From: an uncultured Alphaproteobacteria bacterium
GTDB lineage: Bacteria; Pseudomonadota; Alphaproteobacteria; CAAHEQ01; UBA3637
Direction: 5' to 3'
Length of the DNA: 64,000 nucleotides
NCBI GenBank assembly: GCA_947586835.1
Contig: CANPXT010000006.1
Location: forward strand, 422-64,421
A program made the translations under genes and the position numbers. Shown here in pieces: positions 35,583 to 44,257 of this stretch; positions within the stretch are counted from its first letter, which is position 1; each line of letters starts with the position of its first letter. The notes under the pieces are model-generated. The model was not told the DNA's origin and did no database searches. It saw nothing but the letters and a program-made list of their open reading frames with translations.

Positions 35583-35658
35583 GGCGGAATAGCTCAGATG
35601 GTAGAGCGGTGGAATCATAATCCATGTGTCGGGGGTTCGATCCCCTCTTCCGCTACCA
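35583..35658 (+). tRNA. tRNA with CAT anticodon (elongator Met or lysidine-modified Ile2; not initiator-like)
   Basis: GGCGGAATAGCTCAGATGGTAGAGCGGTGGAATCATAATCCATGTGTCGGGGGTTCGATCCCCTCTTCCGCTACCA. The anticodon stem lacks the three G-C pairs of initiator tRNA. Confidence 0.85.
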
Positions 35659-35663
35659 ATTAT

Positions 35664-35698
35664 AAAAAAAACCTGCTTTTAAAACGGCAGGTTTTTTT
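35664..35698 (+). terminator. Rho-independent terminator after tRNA-CAT
   Basis: Stem AACCTGC pairs with GCAGGTT, followed by T7. Confidence 0.65.
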
Positions 35699-35928
35699 GT
35701 GTTCAATCAATAAAATTGTTTTTTTATTATAAAAAAACTGCATACCGACATTAATTTTGTCACGCCGTTTTTATATTAAAAATACATCATTAACCAAAAA
35801 ATAAAATATTAAACAGATAAAAATATATGTTTTTTTTTACAATATATTTTTCTTAAAAAGATTTTTGTTTTAAGTATTTATAAAAAAAAGCGAATGAATA
35901 ACTTCGCTTTTTTAATACATTTTTCAGG

Positions 35929-36004
35929 TGGTGCCTGGGGACGGAATCGAACCGCCGACACAGGGATTTTCAGTCCCTTGCTCTACCAACTGAGCTACCC
36001 AGGC
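35929..36004 (-). tRNA. tRNA-Phe (anticodon GAA)
   Basis: Minus strand reads GCCTGGGTAGCTCAGTTGGTAGAGCAAGGGACTGAAAATCCCTGTGTCGGCGGTTCGATTCCGTCCCCAGGCACCA. Confidence 0.92.
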
Positions 36005-36075
36005 TGAGAGCAAAATTGTTTATACACGAAAATAAATCAAATGTCCAGTCTTTTTTTTAAAAAAATGCATTTTTT

Positions 36076-36267
36076 TTAATTTTTCGCATCGGAACACGTC
36101 TCTGTTTCAGAAAAATCAGCCTCTTTCGGTCGTTCATCGGTATGAATGACATACGTTCCTTTCAACCAGCGCCCTAAATCAACATCAGCGCATTTTTTGG
36201 AACAAAAGGGCTTATATTTCTCATCTTGATTTTTCCCGCAAATCGGGCATTTCTTTTCATTTTCCAT
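36076..36267 (-). CDS. yacG: DNA gyrase inhibitor YacG (zinc finger)
   Basis: CPICGK...PFCSKKCADVDLGRWL. The start at MENEKK overlaps the end of the upstream gene. Confidence 0.85.
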   Translation of the reverse strand: MENEKKCPICGKNQDEKYKPFCSKKCADVDLGRWLKGTYVIHTDERPKEADFSETETCSDAKN

Positions 36268-37201
36268 TTTTTTCCTCTTCCAATTCATATTGATTTAAAG
36301 AATAAGTAATATTTGTTTTAATCAAACACAAGTGTTGAAATTCTGCCGGCAATTGAGCTGCCAAACTCGGATGAACGGTTAAAATGGGCATCGAATACCA
36401 TTTTTTTTCTAATTTTTCTTGAATTTCCATACTTAAAAATAAAGCATTTTTTTCTCCCGTGCGCGTTAAAAACACATCAAACAACGAGGCGGCCTCCCGC
36501 TTGCGTGTTATTTCACATAAACGCGTTTTTGTAAACCCGCATAAGTGCACCAACGTATCATTTTTAAACGATTCTTTTAATACGGTTGATAGTTTTTTTT
36601 GCTCATCCGATTTTTTAAAACCGGCAAAATCAATTAAAATAATGCCCGATAAATTTTTAAGCCGCACTTGTTTTGCTATTTCCATACAAGCCGATTCATT
36701 AATTTTATCAAGCGGTTGCATTGACTGAGCAGAATCGACATCAAACACATAACAAACATTTGTTCGCTCCAAATGCAAAACGGCACCGTCGGCAAAACGA
36801 ATCTCTTTTGTTAAAGCTTCTTCAATCAGTGCAGTATTGATTTCATCTTTATTTTCAATATCTTTATTCTCAATAGCAGCATTTGAAGTCGACACTTTTT
36901 TATATTCTTGACATAAAACACCCGTTGCCGCCTTATTTTCCCGCGCTTCTTTCACAATTTGAACCGATACGCTTTGTCCGACAGATAACTTTTGCTTTGT
37001 TTGAATAAATAACGGTATGTTTTCTTTGGCTTTGGCAAAATAACCGCCCAGCGTTTGATGGTAATCCGTCACAACGGCGAAAACCGTTTCTTGATAATTC
37101 AAAGCATTTTTTTGTGCTACGGTTAAATATTGCAAACTGTAAGCATCGTCACAAAAGCCGGTTACGATTGCCTGATAATAAACGCGCCTCAAAACTTTCA
37201 T
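36257..37201 (-). CDS. Ribonuclease E/G-family-like protein (short form)
   Basis: 314 aa with an S1-like segment (GQSVSVQIVKEA) and an ILIDFAG motif resembling the RNase E/G DFID catalytic region. It lies between maf and yacG, as in many alphaproteobacteria. Confidence 0.55.
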   Translation of the reverse strand: MKVLRRVYYQAIVTGFCDDAYSLQYLTVAQKNALNYQETVFAVVTDYHQTLGGYFAKAKENIPLFIQTKQKLSVGQSVSVQIVKEARENKAATGVLCQEYKKVSTSNAAIENKDIENKDEINTALIEEALTKEIRFADGAVLHLERTNVCYVFDVDSAQSMQPLDKINESACMEIAKQVRLKNLSGIILIDFAGFKKSDEQKKLSTVLKESFKNDTLVHLCGFTKTRLCEITRKREAASLFDVFLTRTGEKNALFLSMEIQEKLEKKWYSMPILTVHPSLAAQLPAEFQHLCLIKTNITYSLNQYELEEEKNGK

Positions 37202-37788
37202 CAGCCGATAATGCCTCTTAAAATTTGTGCCGTTTCAAAAACGGGAAGACCGACAATGCTGTCATATGAACCGTTAATACGCTTAATAAAAGCACTGATA
37301 AGTCCTTCAATTTTATACCCTGCAACATTTTTATACTCACCCGATTTTAAAATGAATGCCAGATCTTCTTGCGACAGATGTTTCATGGTTACAACCGATC
37401 GTGAAACACGCGTAATAATTTTTCCTTGCGGAGAAATAACGCATAAGCCGGTTATTACGCAATGTTTCCTGCCTGATAGAAGCTGTAAATGGTGCAATGC
37501 TTCTTCTTCATTGGCGGCTTTTCGAATAATTCGACGACCAACGGACAAAACTGTATCGGCCGCCACTACACAAACCCCTTTGTTTTCCTCAAAAACGGCT
37601 TGCGCTTTTAAAATGGCAATGCGTTTCACATATTGCGTCGGCAATTCATCGACTAAAACCGATTCGTCAATATCAGGCGAAACAATTTTATCGGGATATA
37701 AACGTATTTGCTCCAACAAAGCCTTTCGTTGCGGCGAACCCGATGCCAAAATAAAACCGGCTTTTAAACCCCAAAAATTATTTATCAT
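37201..37788 (-). CDS. maf: Maf-family nucleoside-triphosphate pyrophosphatase
   Basis: [22 protein letters not shown] and GAYKIEG-like (AGYKIEGL) motifs. The ATG at 37788 overlaps the dksA stop; the 240-aa track ORF is an over-extension. Confidence 0.85.
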   Translation of the reverse strand: MINNFWGLKAGFILASGSPQRKALLEQIRLYPDKIVSPDIDESVLVDELPTQYVKRIAILKAQAVFEENKGVCVVAADTVLSVGRRIIRKAANEEEALHHLQLLSGRKHCVITGLCVISPQGKIITRVSRSVVTMKHLSQEDLAFILKSGEYKNVAGYKIEGLISAFIKRINGSYDSIVGLPVFETAQILRGIIG

Positions 37789-38200
37789 CTGCCTGTGTTT
37801 TTTCTTTGCGCTCGTGCCGTTCTTGCGCTTCAATACACAGCGTGGTAACCGGACGTGCTTCCAACCGTCCCAATCCGATGGGTTCACCGGTTTCTTCACA
37901 ATAACCATATGTACCGTCTTCAATACGTTTTAAAGCGGCTTCGATTTTTTTAATTAACTTACGCATCCGATCTCGGGTACGCAAATCAAGAAATTGATCG
38001 GTTTCCGTACTGGCACGATCATTTAAATCCGTTTCCTGCAAGCTGTTTTCTTTTAAATTTAGTAAAGTATTTTCGGAAGCTGCAACCAACTCATCACGCC
38101 ACGCCAACAATTTCTGACGAAAATATTCCAGCTGACGTTCATTCATATATTCTTCATCGGCGGATGGTTTATAATCGGGGGGTAATTTAATCATTGTCAT
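37778..38200 (-). CDS. dksA: RNA polymerase-binding transcription factor DksA
   Basis: Coiled-coil with the acidic tip (ETDLNDRAS) and a zinc-finger region YGYCEETGEPIG..RLEARP...LCIE. Confidence 0.9.
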   Translation of the reverse strand: MTMIKLPPDYKPSADEEYMNERQLEYFRQKLLAWRDELVAASENTLLNLKENSLQETDLNDRASTETDQFLDLRTRDRMRKLIKKIEAALKRIEDGTYGYCEETGEPIGLGRLEARPVTTLCIEAQERHERKEKTQADDK

Positions 38201-38329
38201 TATTTGCTCCTTTTTTAAATGGGATAGTTATACATAGCTGATTTTGAAATAAATGTCAAGCGTTGTTTTTTCTTGATATTTTTTTTATTCTTTGCTATGA
38301 TTTTAAAACAAAAGGAAAGGAAATAAAAA

Positions 38330-39688
38330 ATGCGTATCTTTTTATCTTTACTTCTTATGGGATTTGCAGGATTTACATCGTTGCAAGCCGTTGCCGTTGA
38401 TGAGTGTGAACAACAATTGTTGGACTTAGAAAAATCACCTGAAGGCATTGATGAATCCGTCTATGATTCTTGCGGTTTTAACGATTCGGTTGTTGTATGG
38501 ACGAAATGGGCACCGTTGGCCGCACAAAAAAATGCCAGAAAAATGCTCTATGAAGTTTGTCGGCGCTATCCTGACCATATGTACCACGAGATGTATTGCC
38601 AAAAAGCATATTTCACCAAGTATGGTCCCTCACTGGCGTATCAAGCCGAACAATTGTTAAAGAAAGAAAAAATTAATGAAGCCCTTCAAAAAGCTGCCGA
38701 TGCCATCAACACACAAGAAATGACAACTCGGCAGGAAGGCAATTTGTTGGGTGCTTTTGCTGTCTATTATTTAAAAAAAAATGATGATCGTTATCAATCA
38801 TACCTCCGTGAAGCAACGGAGCGTTATTCTGCCATAGCCAATCATATTTCGGGGGTGATTGCTTATCAAGACGCCTCTGATCCCGATAAAGATGCGCAAA
38901 TTGCATTTAAATATATATGGCGCGCCATTTTACTCGGATGTCCGGCTGCCGAGGAAAATTTGGGATTATTCCATCTGGTCAAACAAAATAAAATTGATTT
39001 TCAAACCGGTAAGAACAAAATGCGGGAAAATATGTTTTCTTGTGAAGGAAGTGCTACGAAAAAATCAGATGAACCCATCCCTGAAGAGATGTTAAACTGC
39101 AAATGCAAAACAGCCATCGAATATGAACAGACTTTTATCAATAAGCCGTTTATTTTAAAGAAAACGGAAGGCTCCCGTGCCATTTTGGAAACCAAAGAAG
39201 GCGAAACATATAATGTGGCAGCGGGTGATAATCTGCCCGGACAAGCGGTTGTGAGCGAAGTGCATAAAACCGCTGTTGTAATTATACAGGAAGACGAGCG
39301 TATTATTATAAACCTACATAAGCCCGATGAATGTTTTGCGTTTTGCAACAATCATCACATTACGGAAAACTTATCACCTGCGGAAATGAAAAAACGAATC
39401 ATCAGCGATTCGGTACATATTAAGCCATACCACCTTACTTTTACACAAAAGGAATGTGAAACCATTGCTTATTATGCCAAAACTTTGTTAGATGAAAATA
39501 TACCGTATGTCGGTCAAAAAGAGTGTGCTGCTCAATTCGCGGGGAAACACAATTTGATTGAATTGCTTGAAAAACAAACGCAATCGAACAACGAAATCGA
39601 TCCGCGTCAACAAAAAACCCCCGTTGATCCGGAAGCGATAAAAGAGCGTATGAAAACATTAAACAAAAGCATAATGGAAAAAAAATAA
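38330..39688 (+). CDS. Secreted hypothetical protein with a Sel1/TPR-like N-terminal half and an unknown C-terminal half
   Basis: Signal peptide MRIFLSLLLMGFAGFTSLQA. Helical repeats including AEENLGLFHL. The C-terminal ~200 aa have no recognisable motif. Confidence 0.5.
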   Translation: MRIFLSLLLMGFAGFTSLQAVAVDECEQQLLDLEKSPEGIDESVYDSCGFNDSVVVWTKWAPLAAQKNARKMLYEVCRRYPDHMYHEMYCQKAYFTKYGPSLAYQAEQLLKKEKINEALQKAADAINTQEMTTRQEGNLLGAFAVYYLKKNDDRYQSYLREATERYSAIANHISGVIAYQDASDPDKDAQIAFKYIWRAILLGCPAAEENLGLFHLVKQNKIDFQTGKNKMRENMFSCEGSATKKSDEPIPEEMLNCKCKTAIEYEQTFINKPFILKKTEGSRAILETKEGETYNVAAGDNLPGQAVVSEVHKTAVVIIQEDERIIINLHKPDECFAFCNNHHITENLSPAEMKKRIISDSVHIKPYHLTFTQKECETIAYYAKTLLDENIPYVGQKECAAQFAGKHNLIELLEKQTQSNNEIDPRQQKTPVDPEAIKERMKTLNKSIMEKK

Positions 39689-39707
39689 AAACGAAATGAA
39701 AAAAAAC

Positions 39708-39735
39708 TTGCTTTTTTAAAAAATATATGTATAAT
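39708..39735 (+). promoter_or_regulatory. Putative promoter of the rpsF operon (TTGCTT-16 nt-TG-TATAAT)
   Basis: TTGCTT at 39708-39713 and TATAAT at 39730-39735, preceded by TG. This leaves a ~120-nt leader. Confidence 0.55.
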
Positions 39736-39858
39736 CAAACCGTTTTTCCGATTTAAAATCCTTGCTCTTGCTATCGGACAAGGGCTATGCTTCAAGCACT
39801 TATTCATGGGGAATAACTGTTTTAACCGAAGCGAGAAAAACCAAAAGGAGAGGATATT

Positions 39859-40239
39859 ATGCCTTTTTATGAAAATGTCTTTATCGCGCGGCAAGATTTA
39901 ACGCCCGCAAAAGTTGCCGAATTAACGGATAAATATGCATCCGTTATCGAAAACAACGGCGGCAAGGTTTCAAAGCGCGAAAACTGGGGCTTACGCACGT
40001 TAGCCTATAAAATCAACAAAAACCGCAAAGGATATTATATGTTAATGAACATTGACGCACCGGCTCCTGCCGTTGTTGAAATGGAACGGTTAATGCGGTT
40101 AGATGAAAATCTGCTCCGTTATTTAACGGTGAAAGTTGATGCGTTGGAAGAAGGTCCGTCAGTTATGATGGAACCCAAAGCCCGCAAAAGTAAAGCTGAT
40201 GATAAATATGAAATTGAAATCACGGAAGGAGAAATATAA
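39859..40239 (+). CDS. rpsF: 30S ribosomal protein S6
   Basis: [14 protein letters not shown]...[11 protein letters not shown]...GYY, with an acidic C-terminal tail. Confidence 0.96.
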   Translation: MPFYENVFIARQDLTPAKVAELTDKYASVIENNGGKVSKRENWGLRTLAYKINKNRKGYYMLMNIDAPAPAVVEMERLMRLDENLLRYLTVKVDALEEGPSVMMEPKARKSKADDKYEIEITEGEI

Positions 40240-40472
40240 TGAGTGAAACGAAAAGCTCCTTGTTCCGGCATAAAAAAACATGCCAGTTCTGTATGGATGA
40301 AACATCTGTTATTGATTATAAAGATGTAAAATTATTAAGCCGTTATTTATCGGAACGCGGTAAAATGGTACCGGCACGGGTTTCCGCAACGTGTGCCAAA
40401 CATCAACGCGGTTTGTCCAAAGCCGTAAAACGCGCCCGCTTTTTAGCTTTATTACCTTTTGTCGCTGATTAA
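40239..40472 (+). CDS. rpsR: 30S ribosomal protein S18
   Basis: [47 protein letters not shown] overlap with rpsF. Confidence 0.96.
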   Translation: MSETKSSLFRHKKTCQFCMDETSVIDYKDVKLLSRYLSERGKMVPARVSATCAKHQRGLSKAVKRARFLALLPFVAD

Positions 40473-40486
40473 GAAAGGGGAATAAA

Positions 40487-41056
40487 ATGGAAGTTATTTT
40501 ATTAGAACGTATTGAACGCTTGGGTCAAATGGGCGATGTCGTGAATGTAAAAAACGGCTATGCTCGCAATTTTTTGTTACCGCAAAAGAAAGCTTTACGG
40601 AAAACAAAAGATAATATGGCGTTATTTGAATCCAAACGCAAAGAATATGAGGCTTACAACCTGAAATTAAAGGCAGAAGCCGAACAAATGGCTGAAAAGA
40701 TGAAAAATCTTTCGGTTGTTATTATTCGTCAAGCCGCTGAAACCGGTCAATTATACGGTTCCGTTACGGTGCGTGATATATGCGATGCCATTCATGAAGC
40801 CGGCTTTAAATTGGAACGCCGTCAAATCAATTTGGGGCAACCGTTTAAAAATCTTGGCATTTTTGATGTGCGGTTATCCTTGCATCCCGATGTTTCCCAA
40901 ACGGTTCGGGTAAATGTCGCCCGTTCGGCGGAAGAAGCCAAACGCTCGGCATCGAAGCATCAAAAACGGAAAGCCGAAGAAGCTGCAAAATCTGAAACAG
41001 TGACGGAAACACCGGCGGAAACTGCTGTTGAAGAAACGAAACCGGCAGAAGCTTAA
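40487..41056 (+). CDS. rplI: 50S ribosomal protein L9, with an extended charged C-terminal tail
   Basis: MEVILLERIE.LGQMGDVVNVKNGYARNFLLPQKKA. Confidence 0.95.
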   Translation: MEVILLERIERLGQMGDVVNVKNGYARNFLLPQKKALRKTKDNMALFESKRKEYEAYNLKLKAEAEQMAEKMKNLSVVIIRQAAETGQLYGSVTVRDICDAIHEAGFKLERRQINLGQPFKNLGIFDVRLSLHPDVSQTVRVNVARSAEEAKRSASKHQKRKAEEAAKSETVTETPAETAVEETKPAEA

Positions 41057-41270
41057 TTACACATAAAGAGTAAAAAAAACGGCTTTTTGCTAAACGGCAA
41101 GAAGTCGTTTTTTTATGTCTCAAATCCCAACTGCGATGATGGCGTGTAACGCTGTTATTGTTAACGAAATTTTTCTTCTATCAGCGAGTGAAAAACGTTG
41201 CAAAAAGTGGCAAGAAATGAAAAACAGCAGCAACACCGATGGTTACAAAAAAAATACATACATGTATGTA

Positions 41271-41524
41271 AATTTTCACCACTTTGGGTTGTAAAAATTT
41301 ATAATTTTTCTACTTTTAATATATAAACGAGAAAAATATTTCGAAATTTTTTGCTGTTTATATTCTCATTTTTATCGATGTATGTATAATTTAATTAATT
41401 TTTGATGATATTTTTTCGTTTATCGGCGGGTGGGACAGAGGGTGTTTCAGCGGGAAGTGCCGGCTCGTGAAACGTGAGCCGGCGCAGGTGGTCAGAGAGG
41501 CTGAGAGGTCTTACTTACATAAGG
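41271..41524. repeat. Conserved 3'-flank repeat of the pilin-like loci, copy 2 (twin of 22905-23157)
   Basis: See copy 1. Hairpin GCCGGCTC (41459-41466) pairs with GAGCCGGC (41476-41483); the loop is GTGAAACGT, versus GGGGAACGT in copy 1. Confidence 0.85.
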
Positions 41525-42698
41525 TATCAAAACCGCCTGATTCCTGGTAGAAGTCTCTATTACTACCGGGAACTATCACGTATGCCTTGCAGGAATTCTC
41601 ACTATCATCAGATGGTTTTGTCCATAAAGCTCTTCTTCCAGCATTTTTTTCCTGCAGCTTCTTTATTAATGCACTTCCGGAACAGTCGACTGTTTTCGCC
41701 GTCGCTGTGCATCCCAACTCGCTTAAACTTACCATCTGTCCTGTTCCCTTCCCTTGTCTTCCTAATGCTTGGCAATATCTCTTTGCATTCCACAACTCCA
41801 TCAAAACATTATCCGTATAATAATAAGTCTCCCCGTCTACTTCCACTTTTTGCGGTTCTCCTATATCCATACATCTATAACTCCGGCAAGAAGTTTCAAC
41901 ACCATTGGAGCAACTACAACTGAGCATACAAAATTGATTACTGAGGCAATCATCATCTGTTGTACAATTCTTTCCTATTGTTGTCGCTGTTGCTGTCTCT
42001 GTTGTTATTGCTGCCGTTGTCGTAATGGGGGTTGTCGTTATCGGAGCTGTCGCTGTCGGTGTTGTCGGCATCGGTGTTGTTGGCGTCGGTGTTGTGGGCG
42101 TCGCTGTCGTAGTGGTAAATGTCACTGCCGTTGTCATCGGTTCATCTTCCTCATCATTCACAACACCCAAATCTGTGGTCGAAAATGCCACTTCTATTTT
42201 GTTTTCTGTGGCGCAAATGTTCCAATCCGTATCATAATAATCAACTTCATTTACTTTTATATCTTCCGTGTCTTCCATACTATCTAAAAGCGTGACTAAC
42301 GGTTTGCATACGCCCTCTGAAATGTTTGATACACTGATAAAATATTCATCTTCCGTCTCTTCCTCTTCTTCCGGATCTTGCGAATCATTATTAAACCCGA
42401 AATCAACTTTATATTTTTCGTTTAAACTCAAATGCCCTAATTCTTCGCCATCATTATCGTATGGTTCTCCTAAAAATAAATCGGCACCTTGTGCTACTTT
42501 CATCTTCATATCATTGCGTATTAAGTTGATTTCATTCGCAATTTGATTCGCCTGATACCGATCCATTGCCATTTTATAGCCTGCGATTCCCCCCAATGAA
42601 ATCACACCGATGATGGCCAAAACACCCAGCATTTCGACCATGCTGCGCCCGTCTTGTGCTTGTTTTTGTTGTTGTTTTAATTGTTTATTTTCTTGCAT
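41511..42698 (-). CDS. Modular pilin-like surface protein (intact paralog): class-III signal, pilin-like domain, Thr/Pro-rich linker and a Cys-containing lectin-like C-terminal domain
   Basis: The ATG at 42698 is preceded by GGGAGAAAGGA. The leader is MQENKQLKQQQKQAQDG/RSMVEMLGVLAIIGVISL. A disulfide pair sits in the pilin-like part (GVCKPL...NIC). The linker is TTAVTFTTTTATPTTPTPTTPMPTTPTATAPITTTPITTT. The C-terminal domain contains W.AKRYCQALG....MVSLSELGC...WT....NSC. Confidence 0.75.
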   Translation of the reverse strand: MQENKQLKQQQKQAQDGRSMVEMLGVLAIIGVISLGGIAGYKMAMDRYQANQIANEINLIRNDMKMKVAQGADLFLGEPYDNDGEELGHLSLNEKYKVDFGFNNDSQDPEEEEETEDEYFISVSNISEGVCKPLVTLLDSMEDTEDIKVNEVDYYDTDWNICATENKIEVAFSTTDLGVVNDEEDEPMTTAVTFTTTTATPTTPTPTTPMPTTPTATAPITTTPITTTAAITTETATATTIGKNCTTDDDCLSNQFCMLSCSCSNGVETSCRSYRCMDIGEPQKVEVDGETYYYTDNVLMELWNAKRYCQALGRQGKGTGQMVSLSELGCTATAKTVDCSGSALIKKLQEKNAGRRALWTKPSDDSENSCKAYVIVPGSNRDFYQESGGFDTLCK

Positions 42699-42748
42699 TT
42701 TCGTGAATCCTTTCTCCCGTTTACTTTTTCCTAAATTGTATAAATTAA

Positions 42749-42899
42749 ACGTAGGTCTAGTTGGTGCACTTTTTTGCACGCTTGAAAAAACAAACATTTT
42801 AAAAATAATAAAAAAATAACCGATTGAAAATGAATAAAAAACAAGAAAAATAAATTTTTTTGATGAAAAATGAAAAAAAATGTTGCAAAAATCGTACGT
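42749..42899. repeat. IR-flanked upstream module, copy C: the distal arm and spacer are conserved, the proximal arm is degenerate
   Basis: The reverse complement of the distal arm 42874-42899 is ACGTACGATTTTTGCAACATTTTTTT. The proximal arm 42749-42775 is ACGTAGGTCTAGTTGGTGCACTTTTTT, which matches only at the ACGTA.G start and the T-run. The spacer is nearly identical to copy B. Confidence 0.75.
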
Positions 42900-42951
42900 T
42901 TATTTTGTGCAACTCCAACCCCCAAAATTTATTAATCTTAAAAAAAACAAC

Positions 42952-44247
42952 TTAACTTATTTTCGTTCGACAAACGGTTAATTCCGGTAATAAACGTGCT
43001 GTTTCGACCGATACGGGGATTTGAACCGCCTGCCCTAAATGTCCGGCAGAAAGTTCTTGACATTCGGCAGCATTTTCGGCGTTATAAAACCGATCTACCA
43101 CCATTTTAATCGGATCAAATTGATACGGCGATAAAAATTCAAGCGTCATTCCTTTCATTATTTTATGCTTAATTTCAACCGTTAAAAACCCGTTATCAAC
43201 CTTTCGCACAACTCCTGCAAAACGATATGCCCCATTACTTGCCGAAACGTCATAATTATGCGCTTCGGGACCGGCATTTCCATCTAAAAAACCAAGCGTA
43301 TAACCGCGTGACTGCAAAGACAATATTTCTTCCATATACTTATCCGGCTGCCAGTCACTCGGATTTTGAAACCAATCATCAATGGCTTTGCGATATGTTC
43401 GTGCCGTTACGGCCGCATAATATTGCGATTTATTGCGTCCTTCAATCTTAAACGAATCAAGTCCGATCGGCAATATATCAGGCAACCGCGGCAACCAGCA
43501 TAAATCGCGCGAGTTCATAATATACGTGCCGTTTTCATCTTCATCAATGCGCATCAATGACAACGGGCGCGTTTCTTCTTCAAGATAATAAACTGAATCT
43601 TTGGTATTTTCCGCCTGTTCTTCGGCTTTATATATTTTATAACGCCATCGACAGGCATGCGCACAATTGCCTTTGTTGGCACTGCGCCCTGTCATAAAGT
43701 TTGAAAGCAAACACCGACCCGAATAACTGACGCATAATGCACCGTGAATAAAGGCTTCCAATCGAATATCCGGACACTTTTCTCGAATTTCTTCCATTTC
43801 GTTCAACGGCACTTCGCGCCCCAACACGCATAAGGCCGCTCCCCGCTCTTTCCAAAAACGAACGGTTAAATATGAACAAACATTAGCTTGTGTGGAAATA
43901 TGAAGCGGTAAATCGGGAAGTTCTTTCCTGATAAGTCCGAACACACCCGGATCAGCCACAATCACTCCGTCCGGATTTAAAGTTTTCAAATGAGTCGTAA
44001 AATCTTTAACCCGCTCAATATCATGATTATGCGTAAACAAATTAACGGTTAAATATACCTTTTTCTTTAAAGAATGCGCAAAGATAATTCCTTCTTGTAA
44101 TTCTTCATAACTGAAAGCAATTTTATTTCTTAAACATACCCCGGGCATACCGGCATAAACGGCATCGGCACCATACAAAAATGCTGTTTTTAAGCGTTCC
44201 AACGACCCCGCCGGCAACAATAATTCCGGCTTTTTGAATAATTTCAT
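42952..44247 (-). CDS. Peptidase U32 family protein (YegQ/TrhP-like)
   Basis: MKLFKKPELLLPAGSLE.LK.A..YGADAVY, the E..HGA.C.SYSGRC.LS motif and a C-terminal beta-barrel extension. Confidence 0.85.
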   Translation of the reverse strand: MKLFKKPELLLPAGSLERLKTAFLYGADAVYAGMPGVCLRNKIAFSYEELQEGIIFAHSLKKKVYLTVNLFTHNHDIERVKDFTTHLKTLNPDGVIVADPGVFGLIRKELPDLPLHISTQANVCSYLTVRFWKERGAALCVLGREVPLNEMEEIREKCPDIRLEAFIHGALCVSYSGRCLLSNFMTGRSANKGNCAHACRWRYKIYKAEEQAENTKDSVYYLEEETRPLSLMRIDEDENGTYIMNSRDLCWLPRLPDILPIGLDSFKIEGRNKSQYYAAVTARTYRKAIDDWFQNPSDWQPDKYMEEILSLQSRGYTLGFLDGNAGPEAHNYDVSASNGAYRFAGVVRKVDNGFLTVEIKHKIMKGMTLEFLSPYQFDPIKMVVDRFYNAENAAECQELSAGHLGQAVQIPVSVETARLLPELTVCRTKIS

Positions 44248-44257
44248 TTTTCATCCT

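Noticed and set aside
41191-41209. AAAAACGTTGCAAAAAGTG, which resembles a solo half-site of the IR arms (AAAAGTG-TTGCAA-AAAACG with the flanks swapped).
   Set aside because: It is too short and A/T-rich to distinguish from chance, and it has no partner arm.
42762-42778. Sigma-54-like element TGGTGCACTTTTTTGCA in the degenerate proximal arm of module C.
   Set aside because: The GG-to-GC spacing is 11 nt, not the required 10. It is on the strand pointing away from the gene, and it is absent from copies A and B.
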